From Savitreella phatthalungensis (Eukaryota): a stretch of DNA of 64,000 bases. Below, one piece after another: positions 1 to 10,677 of this stretch; positions within the stretch are counted from its first letter, which is position 1; each line of letters begins with the position of its first letter. The notes beneath the pieces were generated by a model. That model was given only the letters and a program-made list of their open reading frames with translations. It ran no database searches and had not been told where the DNA came from. The DNA lies in contig AP039699.1 in the NCBI GenBank assembly GCA_051599415.1, positions 62,001 through 126,000 of the forward strand. The letters are read 5' to 3'. A program made the translations under genes and the position numbers.

Positions 1-426
1 CTGATCTCCAATTTAGACGTGATAGGCGAGATGACAGAATTCTATCAGATTGCCCCAGGCGGCTTCAGCTTCGGGAGATCTGCAGCTAATCTGGCCACAG
101 TGTCAGTCTGCTATCTGACGAGTAGACCGTCTGGTGGAATCCTTGGCTACTTCATGGGCACCAGTTCATAGAATGGATAGCCGCCGCCAAGAGATGATGG
201 CGATTCTAAAAATGATAATTGGTCTAGCCGATACATGCATGATGCACCCTAGCTTCGACAACCTCTCATGGCCATCTGGACAGGCCGATCACTCAGTCCT
301 GTGGACTGACCCCGCATACCACTGTGCCACATAGAACAACTGGATGTGGTTGCTGACCCACTTAGTGGTGCTTGTTCGTTCGCCGGGTGACGTGTCGATC
401 GACTGTGATCATGTCAAACAAGCACA

Positions 427-434
427 TATATAAA
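427..434 (+). promoter_or_regulatory. TATA box upstream of the CipC-like gene
   Basis: TATATAAA starting 46 nt upstream of the ATG at 473. Confidence 0.55.
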
Positions 435-472
435 GTGCTTCCCACACTCTTTAGAACACAAACATCTTAAAC

Positions 473-853
473 ATGTTCGGCTTCGGAGAATCGCATGATG
501 CGTATCAGCAGGTCTACAACGGTGACGAACGTCACGAGGGCAAATTCTCCCACGAGCTGATTGCCGGTGCTGCTTCGTTTGAAGCCATGAAGGTATTCGA
601 GGACCGTCAACGTCGCGAGGGTAAGCCGGTGTCACACCAGTTTGCCAAGGAGCTGCTTGCTGGTATCGCCGGAGGTGAGGCCGACAAGCTTTTTGAGACC
701 AAGGGCCTGGACTACATTGACCAAGAGCGTGCCCGCAATGACGCACGCAAGAATGCAGAGCGCTTGTATGACGAACACTACGGAGGATACGACGAGTACA
801 ACCCGCAAGAGCAGCGTCCGCATGAGCACATCCAGCGCTACGGTGACTACTAG
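473..853 (+). CDS. cipC: CipC-like protein (DUF3759)
   Basis: 126 aa; motifs FSHELIAGAASFEAMKVFEDRQRREGKPVSH and AKELLAGIAGGEADKLFETKGLD are typical of the fungal CipC family. Confidence 0.9.
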   Translation: MFGFGESHDAYQQVYNGDERHEGKFSHELIAGAASFEAMKVFEDRQRREGKPVSHQFAKELLAGIAGGEADKLFETKGLDYIDQERARNDARKNAERLYDEHYGGYDEYNPQEQRPHEHIQRYGDY

Positions 854-969
854 GCTATGAGAATTCATTAGATTTATGAAGAGGTCATGTACTATCCGTG
901 ATGAAGGTGGAAATCGTGTAAGTCATGTCAAAAGATCGTCGAGGTCGTTGCGTTTGACGGAGATCTCCC

Positions 970-1767
970 TCACCCGGTCGAACTCCCTTGTCGGCGGAGA
1001 AGATCAGTCGCGCTCTGGAGATCGTCTGCCGAGCCTATCGCCTGCAAATCGGCCGCTTCGCGTTCATACGAGCCTTCTGGCACTGTCTCCAGCAGTACTT
1101 TCTCGATGTACTGGCTGCGTTCTGTTTGCTCGAGTCGATCCAAAATGAGCGTTTTGTTCGTGAGCTTTTTGACTTCAGACAGACCACCCTTCAGTGCGTG
1201 GACTTGCTCCTGAAGGAATTCGACGTTGTCTCGCACCGGAGCAACTTCTGCGGCCTTGGCTGCTGTCTCTAAAAATGTCAGCTCCGCAGAGTGTTTCATG
1301 AGCAGCTCCGACTGTCTCGCAATTGCGGCGTTCTCGCGCAACAATGCTTGTCGGACGCGCAGCTCCGCGGCATAGGTCCGGCGAGCGCGCGCAAGCTCTT
1401 CATCGATTTCTTCGTTGGCTCCTGATCCTGGAGCAGCCCCGACCACATCAATATCTTCTTGATGAGCAAGCTTGACGTGTCCCAGCAGATCTGCTGGTAT
1501 ATGGACAATGTTGCGGAGTACAAATAGTTCAAAAGCATCGAAATTACGATCCACGGCAGACTCCAGTAAGGTCTCGAACTTGTGTATGCCCGTCTCGAGC
1601 TCGTCGTCAGGCATGGCATCGGCTGGTAAGGTGCGGAAAAGGGTCTCTATCGCACTCACACTCTTGTACAGCAGAGCATTAGCAGTGTTGATGATGTCGT
1701 CTATCAGCGACAGTGGCGGAAACGTCAGATGTTCAGTGATGAGCACCTCTTGCGCCGGGAAGGCCAT
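970..1767 (-). CDS. MIS12: Kinetochore protein Mis12/Mtw1
   Basis: N-terminal Mis12 signature LITEHLTFPPLSLIDDIIN...GIHKFETLLESAVDRNFDAFELFVLRNI followed by a coiled coil. Confidence 0.92.
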   Translation of the reverse strand: MAFPAQEVLITEHLTFPPLSLIDDIINTANALLYKSVSAIETLFRTLPADAMPDDELETGIHKFETLLESAVDRNFDAFELFVLRNIVHIPADLLGHVKLAHQEDIDVVGAAPGSGANEEIDEELARARRTYAAELRVRQALLRENAAIARQSELLMKHSAELTFLETAAKAAEVAPVRDNVEFLQEQVHALKGGLSEVKKLTNKTLILDRLEQTERSQYIEKVLLETVPEGSYEREAADLQAIGSADDLQSATDLLRRQGSSTG

Positions 1768-2231
1768 GATTGAGTCTAGTCAGCAAAACGACTACTCTTC
1801 TTACTTACCCTCCAAGTTGCACTACTCGCGCACGTGCTTAGGAGAGATCAGTCGAGACGCTGACTCGAACGCAGCGCGCAAGTGCTGCTTGACCGTGCTA
1901 GTCTACCTGTCCTGCGGAAGGCACGAAAGGCAGTGTAGACTATCGCAACGAACGTCACGGCTCGACATCGGGTAAGACGCGAGGCTTCAATTGGCATTGT
2001 TTGGAAGTAAACAATAATCGGGGCCATAATCTCTCGGAGTGTTCGGCAATCATATTATTGTCATATATTATATAGTCTAGCAAGCCATATTTACAAAATT
2101 CTGACCAGCTCTAGATAGAAATATATTCGCGTCTTCGCCGAATTTCAGCTTTGTAGATAAGATGGAAATACAAATGAATACAAAAATTTAATGTTGATCA
2201 ATATTTTGGCTAAAACATTCGGCTGTGCTGA

Positions 2232-2633
<402 letters not shown>

Positions 2634-2754
2634 GCTGCCTGAAGGCTGCATGCGGAATAGCCCTTCATTGTACACCTGTAAATACATGGCTTCAACCCAT
2701 TCTATGACTTGTCCAGATATACGTATATGCGAGTGGAGATTGTGACATGAGGAC

Positions 2755-3164
2755 TCATCGTTGCTGAGGTCCAACAATACCTTCAATGTGAGATTTCGCG
2801 TTCTCAAAGGTGGTTTCGAGGTAGGCCAGCTTTTTACTCAGAGAGTTGACATCGTCTTCCAGGTTCTTGCGTTCGTCAAGCAGCCGCCGCCGCACGTCGA
2901 CTTCCGGGGTCAGCACGAAAGCTTTACCTATGCCCTCATACATAGGCGTCCCCACCTCTAGCAATGATAGCTCGTTTGTCGACAAATCGAGCATCCGAGA
3001 CTCTCTCTGCTTAGTCGCGATGGATTGCTTGACGAGCCCGATGTCGCGCTGCGAAGTGATTGCCTTTGCTTCGATCTCTACCTTCGTTAGCGATGACTCG
3101 TGTCAACCGTGCTCATGACTATACCTGACAGGACTTTTCGCAGCTGGTCCTCCGAATATGACAT
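2755..3164 (-). CDS. PFD1: Prefoldin subunit 1; exons 3164-3125 and 3077-2755
   Basis: Exon 1 MSYSEDQLRKVLS; 47-nt intron 3124-3078 (GTATAG...GCTAAC...TAG) restores the frame; beta-prefoldin motifs MYEGIGKAFV and KKLAYLETT. Confidence 0.88.
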
Positions 3165-3553
3165 ATTCAGCGTCCAGATCGTATATGAAGACCCTCTTTG
3201 CGAGGCTAGCCTACTGAGACCTTTTTGACCTTAAGAGCTGGAACTTTGCGCACGCGAAGAGCTCTGTTGCGCTCCAGTGACAACTCCACAATACAAATTA
3301 CATACACGGAGCTCCAGCTACACTCATGTCTCGAGCAGATATTAACTTGAAGTGATGTAGAAATTCGCTTTCAGCAGTTTTCGGCCAGCTGCATGCACGC
3401 AATTCATCCTGCTATGCAAGTCGTAATCACAAGTAAATTAATCGTCCACGACCTTGTAGCCAGGGCTTTATCTGGACGACCATCAGGATCGCGCCTAGCC
3501 ATCAGTGAATCGCTGGTGCAAGCTGCCCTACTCATTAGTGGAAGACGGCCTCC

Positions 3554-5995
3554 ATGGGTCGGCGTCATCACTCTCATTCGATGGACGGCTTGTTAGGAGG
3601 GCCTTTGCAAAAAGCAAGTCGACGACGGCCGCAGTCGCGTTCTGTTACTTGGCTTGTGAGGGCAGCTTTCCTGTATATCGTGTACATGTTCTGCATCGGC
3701 TGTCCTGCTGTTCTTCGTCAAAAGGATCCAGCTATATGCCACCGCTACTATGCTCTGAAGCGCATAGCAACCCAGCAAATCGCCCCGCATCTTGAGCCCT
3801 ATTACCATGAGTACGCCGCACCTGTGGTTGCCAAGGGGCTTCCGTATTATCAACAGGCGAATGCCGCATACGCCAAGGTCGAAGACGCTGCCCGGCCTGT
3901 TGTTCAGTCGTCCTATGATTTCTATACGGACAACATTCATCCGCACGTCGCACGCAGCTGGCAGAACTCGGTAGTCGTATTTGATGATAAGGTCGGGAGA
4001 CACGTCTATAAGATTTTCGAGGACAATAAGCTCAAGGCTCGGCAGATGTGGTACCAGAACGTGGGACGCCGCTTGGATCGAGCGGAGCTTTACTACAACC
4101 AGTACATAGCTCCGCATCAAGCCTCAGCTCAAAACAAAGTCAACTATCTGTGGTTCGAGGTCGTCATTCCAGGCTATCGGAAGGCTTGGCCACATGTGGT
4201 CTCTGCGGCAGACCTAAGCGTACAGCAGTACCGCAGATATATGCAGCCCGCCCTCAGAAGGGTTGTCGATTCTCTTCTCAGATGGCTGAAGATACAGGTC
4301 TTGCCAGTCATTCGCCGGTACTATTACCTTTACATTGATCCACAGGTCTCACGCATAACAGACAAGGTATTCCAATTTCAGGCGGAACGCGGTATGAGCA
4401 GTCAGACTACAATTGCACAAGAGTCGCTTACCGCATCGATCTCTTCCTCTCTCGTACACATCCTTTCGACGACGACTATGACGCCAATCACTACGGTGAT
4501 CGCCGAGCAAACGCTCGTTGCAGAAGCTGCTGATCCATCGGCAAGCGCCTCTCTACAGCGTCTCATACAGGAGACAGCTGCAGAACGACTTGCCGAGCAC
4601 GCGAAAGCAGGTATTCGAGCAGAAGCAGATGTCGCGCTACCAGCGCTCGAGGAGCAGCTCGATGACATTCTGCCTTCCCTAGTCCGGACTGAGCGAATGA
4701 TTTGCGAGGACTACTTGCTCCAACTAGAAGATCTCTCCGTGTCAGCGGTCGGCTCAGTTGAAAGGCGCATCATATCGCAGGCGTCCCATCTCACAAACAA
4801 GGGACGAGCATTGGACGAGATATCTGAAGAGCTTCGTCCATACTTCGTTCGCGCTGGCAAATCGATTCATCGAGAAGCTGTCGAACTACGATCGTACTTG
4901 CACACGGTTTTGGAGAAGCTCGATGCACGCATCCAGCGTTCGGTGTCTCCTGTGCACGATGGAATTCAACATACATCGTCGCGATTGAGACGTGCGGCTG
5001 AATCGGCGTTGCAATCACAAGGGCAAGAACAGCTCTCAGAACAACGAATCGCCGAATTCGAGCGCCTCACCCAGGATGTCGACCAGGAGCTGCAAAATCT
5101 GGTAAGAAGCAAGACGAAGCTTTACACGAAGCAGCTTCAGGAGCTCCTCAAGCACACAGAGCACAAGGTGGAGGCTCTGGCCGGCGACGCAGCTCGAAAG
5201 CTCCAGGCGCTGCACAGCGTTGCGCCACACAAGATCAACATGAATGATCGCTCTGAGGAATTTGGCTATGGATACAAGCCAGTCGCAGCCATGTTGAGCG
5301 CGCGAGCCCTGTACGAGCAAGCAAGCGCTAAAATCGTCGGGACAGAAGATGTGCCTGCAGCGTCAAAGCTGGTAGACTCCGCCGCTGACGCAATGCGTCA
5401 TGCTACAGATGCAGTTGCCGATGCGTTCGACTACGCGACGCCGACTTCCATCGCCTCCGCCGCTGTCAACAATGCTGCAAGTGGCGCCTCAGTCGCTGCG
5501 GCGGCGCTCGCGCAAACCTTGCGGGATATTGATTTGAAAAACGTCGCATCCTCTGCCTCTGCAACAGCCGCGGACCTATCAGCTCAGGCTGAATCTGCAT
5601 ACGCTGCCGTGTCGAGTGTTGCTGCCAAAATCGACGGAGCCGATGTCCAGAGTCACGCAACCGAGGCTGCGTCCGCCGTTGTAGCCGCATTGAGCGATGC
5701 CGCGGCGGCTGCCTCGCAGGTCCTTGTCGGCCACCCCTCTGGCATTGCAGACCGCGTCGTCGGGGTCTTCGCACCCACAGAGACAAAGATGACAGACAAG
5801 ATTGTCGACGTGGCCGGAAGTCTCTTGAATGAAGCAGCCGGAAGCGCAACAAAAGCAGTCGAGGACATCGCTAGCTATGCTGCGGATTTTCACGCGAATC
5901 ACGTCTTTGACCAGGGCAAACAAGCTGTCCACCAGCATGTGATCGTGCCCGCTCGCGATGCGGTGAGTTCTGCGAGCAGTGCTGTTGTAGGATAG
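3554..5995 (+). CDS. Conserved fungal membrane-anchored coiled-coil protein (She10/Osw7-like) with an Ala/Ser-rich C-terminus
   Basis: 813-aa ORF; N-terminal TM segment followed by C-P...A-I-C and PHLEPYY repeats, a helical middle region and an A/S-rich tail. Confidence 0.6.
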   Translation: MGRRHHSHSMDGLLGGPLQKASRRRPQSRSVTWLVRAAFLYIVYMFCIGCPAVLRQKDPAICHRYYALKRIATQQIAPHLEPYYHEYAAPVVAKGLPYYQQANAAYAKVEDAARPVVQSSYDFYTDNIHPHVARSWQNSVVVFDDKVGRHVYKIFEDNKLKARQMWYQNVGRRLDRAELYYNQYIAPHQASAQNKVNYLWFEVVIPGYRKAWPHVVSAADLSVQQYRRYMQPALRRVVDSLLRWLKIQVLPVIRRYYYLYIDPQVSRITDKVFQFQAERGMSSQTTIAQESLTASISSSLVHILSTTTMTPITTVIAEQTLVAEAADPSASASLQRLIQETAAERLAEHAKAGIRAEADVALPALEEQLDDILPSLVRTERMICEDYLLQLEDLSVSAVGSVERRIISQASHLTNKGRALDEISEELRPYFVRAGKSIHREAVELRSYLHTVLEKLDARIQRSVSPVHDGIQHTSSRLRRAAESALQSQGQEQLSEQRIAEFERLTQDVDQELQNLVRSKTKLYTKQLQELLKHTEHKVEALAGDAARKLQALHSVAPHKINMNDRSEEFGYGYKPVAAMLSARALYEQASAKIVGTEDVPAASKLVDSAADAMRHATDAVADAFDYATPTSIASAAVNNAASGASVAAAALAQTLRDIDLKNVASSASATAADLSAQAESAYAAVSSVAAKIDGADVQSHATEAASAVVAALSDAAAAASQVLVGHPSGIADRVVGVFAPTETKMTDKIVDVAGSLLNEAAGSATKAVEDIASYAADFHANHVFDQGKQAVHQHVIVPARDAVSSASSAVVG

Positions 5996-7179
5996 CGGCA
6001 GTCCGGCTCCGAACAAGTGCCGTCGCTCTCTGCGTCGTCGTTCTCACGGCGCAAGATCTCGACAACGATGGGTAATTCAAGATTTGCGGAGAACCGTCGG
6101 CAGTGAGGCTTGCTGTCGAAGGATCTGGCTTTTCCGCGTTGAAAGATTCTGTCTCCACGGCTTGCGTAGCCGTCCAGCTCACACAGCGTCCCCGCTCTAT
6201 GATACAGGTTGGTCTTGGGCAAATTGGCGGTGCCGTGACCTTGCCACTTTCGCAGAGAATATAGCAATCTAATCTCATATCGCGAAAGCCGAAGCGTGAT
6301 TGTGCGTCAGTGCAACGATCAAACGTGCCTGGTCCAAGGACTGGCGATAGCAGGTCAGGAGTTACTCAAGTTCAGGAGATGCGGGACGCGAGCGTAGCGG
6401 ATGAACAAGTTTCTGAGTCTGTTCCGCGGTCAGGGGAGCGGCTTTGCCCTTCAAGTTTTGGAATAGTGCTGCTCGACGATTCACTACAGTGCGGCCGTCC
6501 AGACATGCGCCATCCACTCTGCACGCTTGCGTCTCGGCACTGGTTGGCAAGCCAACTGACGACAACGTTTATCTGCCTCGCTTGCGCTACGATCAACGGT
6601 GACGTCTGGGAGCACATGAAAGCGCGGGTAGTCAGACACGATCGTCATAATACGGATATCCGGACCCTGTCGCGAGTGGCAACTCGGGTTTGAAGACGTT
6701 CTTGACAGCATGCATGATGAATTCTTTAGGCTGTCATATAGCCTTGGGACAACGTCCATATTGATCACGTGGTCTGGCGACCAACTGAATATCACATTGA
6801 CGTGAATATGATCTGACAGCACGGACGGCGCGCATCTCTCGACGTGAGACGACGGCTGTTTATCGACTCTGCTTAACACGACTTGCCAGGCAGCCTGGCC
6901 GATCGGCCGCTCAACTCATGCTTTGCTGCGCGCTCCCTTCGAACAGGATTGCTTCTCGCGGAGCGTCATTGCTTTAAAGCGGATTGCTGACTCAGCATCG
7001 AACAGGTCTTTGGAAGCAAATATACACTGATTCGACGCACAAGGGTCTTCATCATCACGCGCAGCATAGAAAGATTGCGCGCGACAGTGTCTAGGGTTCA
7101 TTCAGATGAACATGCTCAATCATTCTTTTGTTCTTCATCACATAAAGCTCTTCAAGAAATTGCGCTGAATGTCAACACT

Positions 7180-9087
7180 ATGAGACATCACACGTCTTTG
7201 TCTGGTAACATTGCCGTCTGGACTATCGGCAATTGCCAGGCTCGCAGTGATTGGCAGCGGGGAGCAATCGATATTCGCTGGCCTGCACTGGTCCGGTGCC
7301 AACGTTGCACTGATCACCCTGGAACATGGATCATCAGCTGCCGGCAGACTGGTATCGATGTCGTCAAGTATAGATCCGCGGATGGCATTGTGGCTCAGCC
7401 AGATGTTACGTCTCGATTAGAGGGCGATATAATGCTCTTGGACGGTTCGCTCGATGCGGAGTCTGCTCGACAGGACGCCTTGCAGGCAGGTCTCAGCCTT
7501 TCTGATGCGTTTGGCATTATGCTTAGCATCCGATCGCATCGTGCCGAGTCCACAGCAGATGATGCGCCAGCTGAATTGAAGCGGCAACGTGACCATTACC
7601 TGGGAATGCTCAGAAATCAGAATGAGGCACAGCTCGAAACCCTCAAGTTGCAGCTCGACCGAGAGTTCAAGGCCAAGGCTGAGCGGACGGAGCGGGAGCT
7701 CTCATCACTCTCATCCGTTGTGCATTTCCCAGTGGACTGCACGGTGAATCTACCTGCCGAAGATATACGACGGCCTTCTAGAAGCTCGTCCGGCTCTATT
7801 CTCGCCACAGTCGAAGCGGTGTCCACCAGGGAATCTTCGACTCAGCGCACGACGACATCATCAGTAACACGTCCACCGCAGCGATCCGCGACGAATCCTC
7901 CGGAAACTAGACCGACGTCGATTTCCACGCTGCGAAAGCTGAGCATGCCACCGCTTCGCACGGGGAACGAGAAGCCTGTGGCAGGCGCGCTACGCTCGCC
8001 GGGCACATCTATCAAGCGCAAGAGCGTTCGGATTTCTGCAGATGCGCCTACACGAATCGATTCGCCCGCTGTCCGGCCTGAAGAATCTGAAGCAAGCGAC
8101 GCGGATACCGATGGTCCGGAGGATGGTCTGTTTGACCTTGACGAGACCCTGCCGCGTGTCTACACCGGGTCTAGTGCTCAGTCTATGAAGCAACAGATCA
8201 CAGCGATAGACGATTCGCTATCAGCGCGACTGCGACCGCGTGTGCCCGATAAGTACAGGTCCAAAAATGGTGATGTGTATGAAGATCGCGAAGGTGAGCA
8301 GCGCAGTTCTGTTGGCTTGCAGAGCGCCTTTGGTTTCGATGCAGCTGTTGACGGCGAGCCAAACGGCACATTGTCAATTGATCTGCCCGCGCAGAGTCGT
8401 GAGCGAGATGCCGAAGATGTTCGCGATGTGTATGCAACTTCTCTGCCTATGCCAATACCTCCGCCAGTGTCTCCGTCCAATGTGCTGCAGGATTGGACGC
8501 AAAGCTCGGATGCCGATGGCAAAGACTCGAAAAGTGGCAATGCGGCAGAGCTAAGTGCTCAGCATGCTAGGCATCAAGCACGAAAGGCCGCTTTGTCATT
8601 GGCCACCATCCGTCAGGGATATCTCGGACCGGACGCTACGGTCGTGCGTTCCTTGACGCGCCCGCTCAGCTCGATCAAAGATGTCCCTCTGAAAGGCATT
8701 CCGGCATCGAACGATAGTCTAGACGCCACAGCGCGTGGCGCATTGCGCCTGTGGCATCCACGGATGGAGACGAATGCGCCGCGGGCGTTGGCAGCTTCGG
8801 ATGCCCCCGAGCAAGTCGCAGATGATGTCGCGCCTGGTCATTCGCGCGTGTCTGCGAGTCAAGATGCTCCCTACTCGGAGCGAGATAGGCGATCTGATCG
8901 GGAATTTACTCGCCGGCGAAAAGATTGGCATCGAGCCATTGAAGCGTCGCTGCGTATGTCGGGCTTGATCTTACCCGCCGACAACGCCACAGGGGGCAGT
9001 GAGGCAAATCAGGACGTTCCGCAAGTACAGGAGTCTCTTGGGACCGACCAAAGCTCGTCGTTAGAGATCTTATCTTCAACTGCCTAG
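7180..9087 (+). CDS. Hypothetical protein; candidate PRAS40/Lobe (AKT1S1)-like TORC1 regulator
   Basis: First ATG at 7180; CxxC-containing N-domain, FGIML motif, coiled coil, then a disordered region with GLFDLDE, YATSLPMPIP and IEASLRM. Confidence 0.6.
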   Translation: MRHHTSLSGNIAVWTIGNCQARSDWQRGAIDIRWPALVRCQRCTDHPGTWIISCRQTGIDVVKYRSADGIVAQPDVTSRLEGDIMLLDGSLDAESARQDALQAGLSLSDAFGIMLSIRSHRAESTADDAPAELKRQRDHYLGMLRNQNEAQLETLKLQLDREFKAKAERTERELSSLSSVVHFPVDCTVNLPAEDIRRPSRSSSGSILATVEAVSTRESSTQRTTTSSVTRPPQRSATNPPETRPTSISTLRKLSMPPLRTGNEKPVAGALRSPGTSIKRKSVRISADAPTRIDSPAVRPEESEASDADTDGPEDGLFDLDETLPRVYTGSSAQSMKQQITAIDDSLSARLRPRVPDKYRSKNGDVYEDREGEQRSSVGLQSAFGFDAAVDGEPNGTLSIDLPAQSRERDAEDVRDVYATSLPMPIPPPVSPSNVLQDWTQSSDADGKDSKSGNAAELSAQHARHQARKAALSLATIRQGYLGPDATVVRSLTRPLSSIKDVPLKGIPASNDSLDATARGALRLWHPRMETNAPRALAASDAPEQVADDVAPGHSRVSASQDAPYSERDRRSDREFTRRRKDWHRAIEASLRMSGLILPADNATGGSEANQDVPQVQESLGTDQSSSLEILSSTA

Positions 9088-9096
9088 TGCAAAAGC

Positions 9097-10677
9097 TCAG
9101 CTGTTGAGCAATTCTTGCATGTCAGGCAGTATTCTTCGTGCGCCAGGTCTAGATGCGAGCAGTCCGGGTTCTGTTGTTGTCACATCGCCTGCATTGCGCC
9201 AGTGTCGCGTAACAGTCGGCCTCCTGGAAGAGACGATTGACGAGGTCATTACGTTCTTCTCGAGTTTGGTGGTCGCAAGCTGGCTAACAGCCGCACTCTG
9301 TTTGCATTGACGGCGTGCGTAATCCCGGAAGGCGCTCTCGAGCTGTTCCCGTGTGATTTCTTTCTTCTCCTGCTTCAGCCATTGATCTAGGTTCTCGCCT
9401 GAACTGTTGGTCCAAGGCTTCAAGCTGAGTCTGTTCATCATACCGCACGATTCAGTATTCAGACAGGTCATATCTATGTCTCGGGTCCTGTCGGCACGCG
9501 GCGTACTTCTTGGTTTGGCCTCGTCGAGCAAGACAGTTTCGAGCGCCCATGTCGGATCGAAGTTGCCTATGACCTCCGGGACGAAAGGTGGCCGCGAGAG
9601 ACCCTGTCGCAATGCCTGCCAGTCCATCCCACTAAAGAAATCGTGAGTTTCGATGCGACGCGGACTGTTGCGATCGAGGGGACGTGAGATACGTGTGGTC
9701 ATGGACCCTTTCAGTCGGAATCGAGGCTCGCGCTCCAGGAGGGCTTCGATAGCTCCACGACACGCCTCCGACACCGGTGGATCGGTCTTTGGTTGCTTGA
9801 GCCACTTGTGCCCCGAGTCATTTGCCCCGACGATGACGTCGGCGAGTTCAGAGACGCTGCGCGCGCTGAACGGCTTTTGGCCGTAAATGCTCTCGTAGAG
9901 CACGACGCCCAATGACCACCAGTCGACTGCAAAGTCGTACTCGTTTCCAGCGTGAATCTCTGGCGCCATATAAATCGGGGATCCTGATCTCGTCCTTGGC
10001 AATAGCCATTCTCCCTGCGTCTCCGTGCTGGGGCTCTCGCGGCGGAGTCGTGCCGATATGTTAAAATCTGTGAGATGAGCGTGACCGTGGTTGTCGAGTA
10101 AGATATTCTCCGGCTTGACATCACGATGCACGATCGCATTGCAGTGGAGATATTCGAGAGCCGCTGCAGTCTCGGCTATCCAATGTTTCGCAGTCTGCTC
10201 TGTCACGGTCTTTCTCGCCAGGTGGTAACGCAGGTCGCCGCCGAGCATCAGATCTAATACCAGTAGCAGATGATCGCGTGTCTGAAAAGCATAGTGCATA
10301 TTGACGATGAGCGGATGGTCGAGCTTGCTCAAAAGCTTCCGCTCACGAATGACGTTAGCGGTTGCGCCACGAGCGATACACTGCATCTTGTCAACATATT
10401 TGATCGCCAGCGCTTTTCCACTCTCGCGATGGCTACACCGACGTACCTCTCCAAATGCGCCGCGTCCGATAACTTGGCCCAGCTTGAAGGCGTTCAGGTC
10501 TATATGTTGATTGCAGGATCTGGATATAGCAGATGATACAATAAGTTTTGACATGCGATGGCGATTGAGAACGCGGAACAGGAGTGAGATTGAAAGCCTC
10601 GGCGTCTTGACCTCGGGCTTGATCTCTAATGCTGACACCTCGACATACTTTCGGCTCGTGAGAACGTCCATCGACAT
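9097..10677 (-). CDS. AGC-group Ser/Thr kinase, YANK/STK32 (S. pombe Ppk33-like)
   Basis: GRGAFG, AIK, HRDVKPEN, DFNIS (DFN is typical of YANK), YMAPE, DWWSLG and AGC tail PPFVP...NFDPT. Confidence 0.9.
   Translation of the reverse strand: MSMDVLTSRKYVEVSALEIKPEVKTPRLSISLLFRVLNRHRMSKLIVSSAISRSCNQHIDLNAFKLGQVIGRGAFGEVRRCSHRESGKALAIKYVDKMQCIARGATANVIRERKLLSKLDHPLIVNMHYAFQTRDHLLLVLDLMLGGDLRYHLARKTVTEQTAKHWIAETAAALEYLHCNAIVHRDVKPENILLDNHGHAHLTDFNISARLRRESPSTETQGEWLLPRTRSGSPIYMAPEIHAGNEYDFAVDWWSLGVVLYESIYGQKPFSARSVSELADVIVGANDSGHKWLKQPKTDPPVSEACRGAIEALLEREPRFRLKGSMTTRISRPLDRNSPRRIETHDFFSGMDWQALRQGLSRPPFVPEVIGNFDPTWALETVLLDEAKPRSTPRADRTRDIDMTCLNTESCGMMNRLSLKPWTNSSGENLDQWLKQEKKEITREQLESAFRDYARRQCKQSAAVSQLATTKLEKNVMTSSIVSSRRPTVTRHWRNAGDVTTTEPGLLASRPGARRILPDMQELLNS

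Noticed and set aside
5899..7101. Minus-strand ORF pieces sharing one frame (6916-7101, 6484-6879, 5899-6267)
   Set aside because: Many intervening stops and no recognisable domain; cannot be distinguished from chance or a remnant
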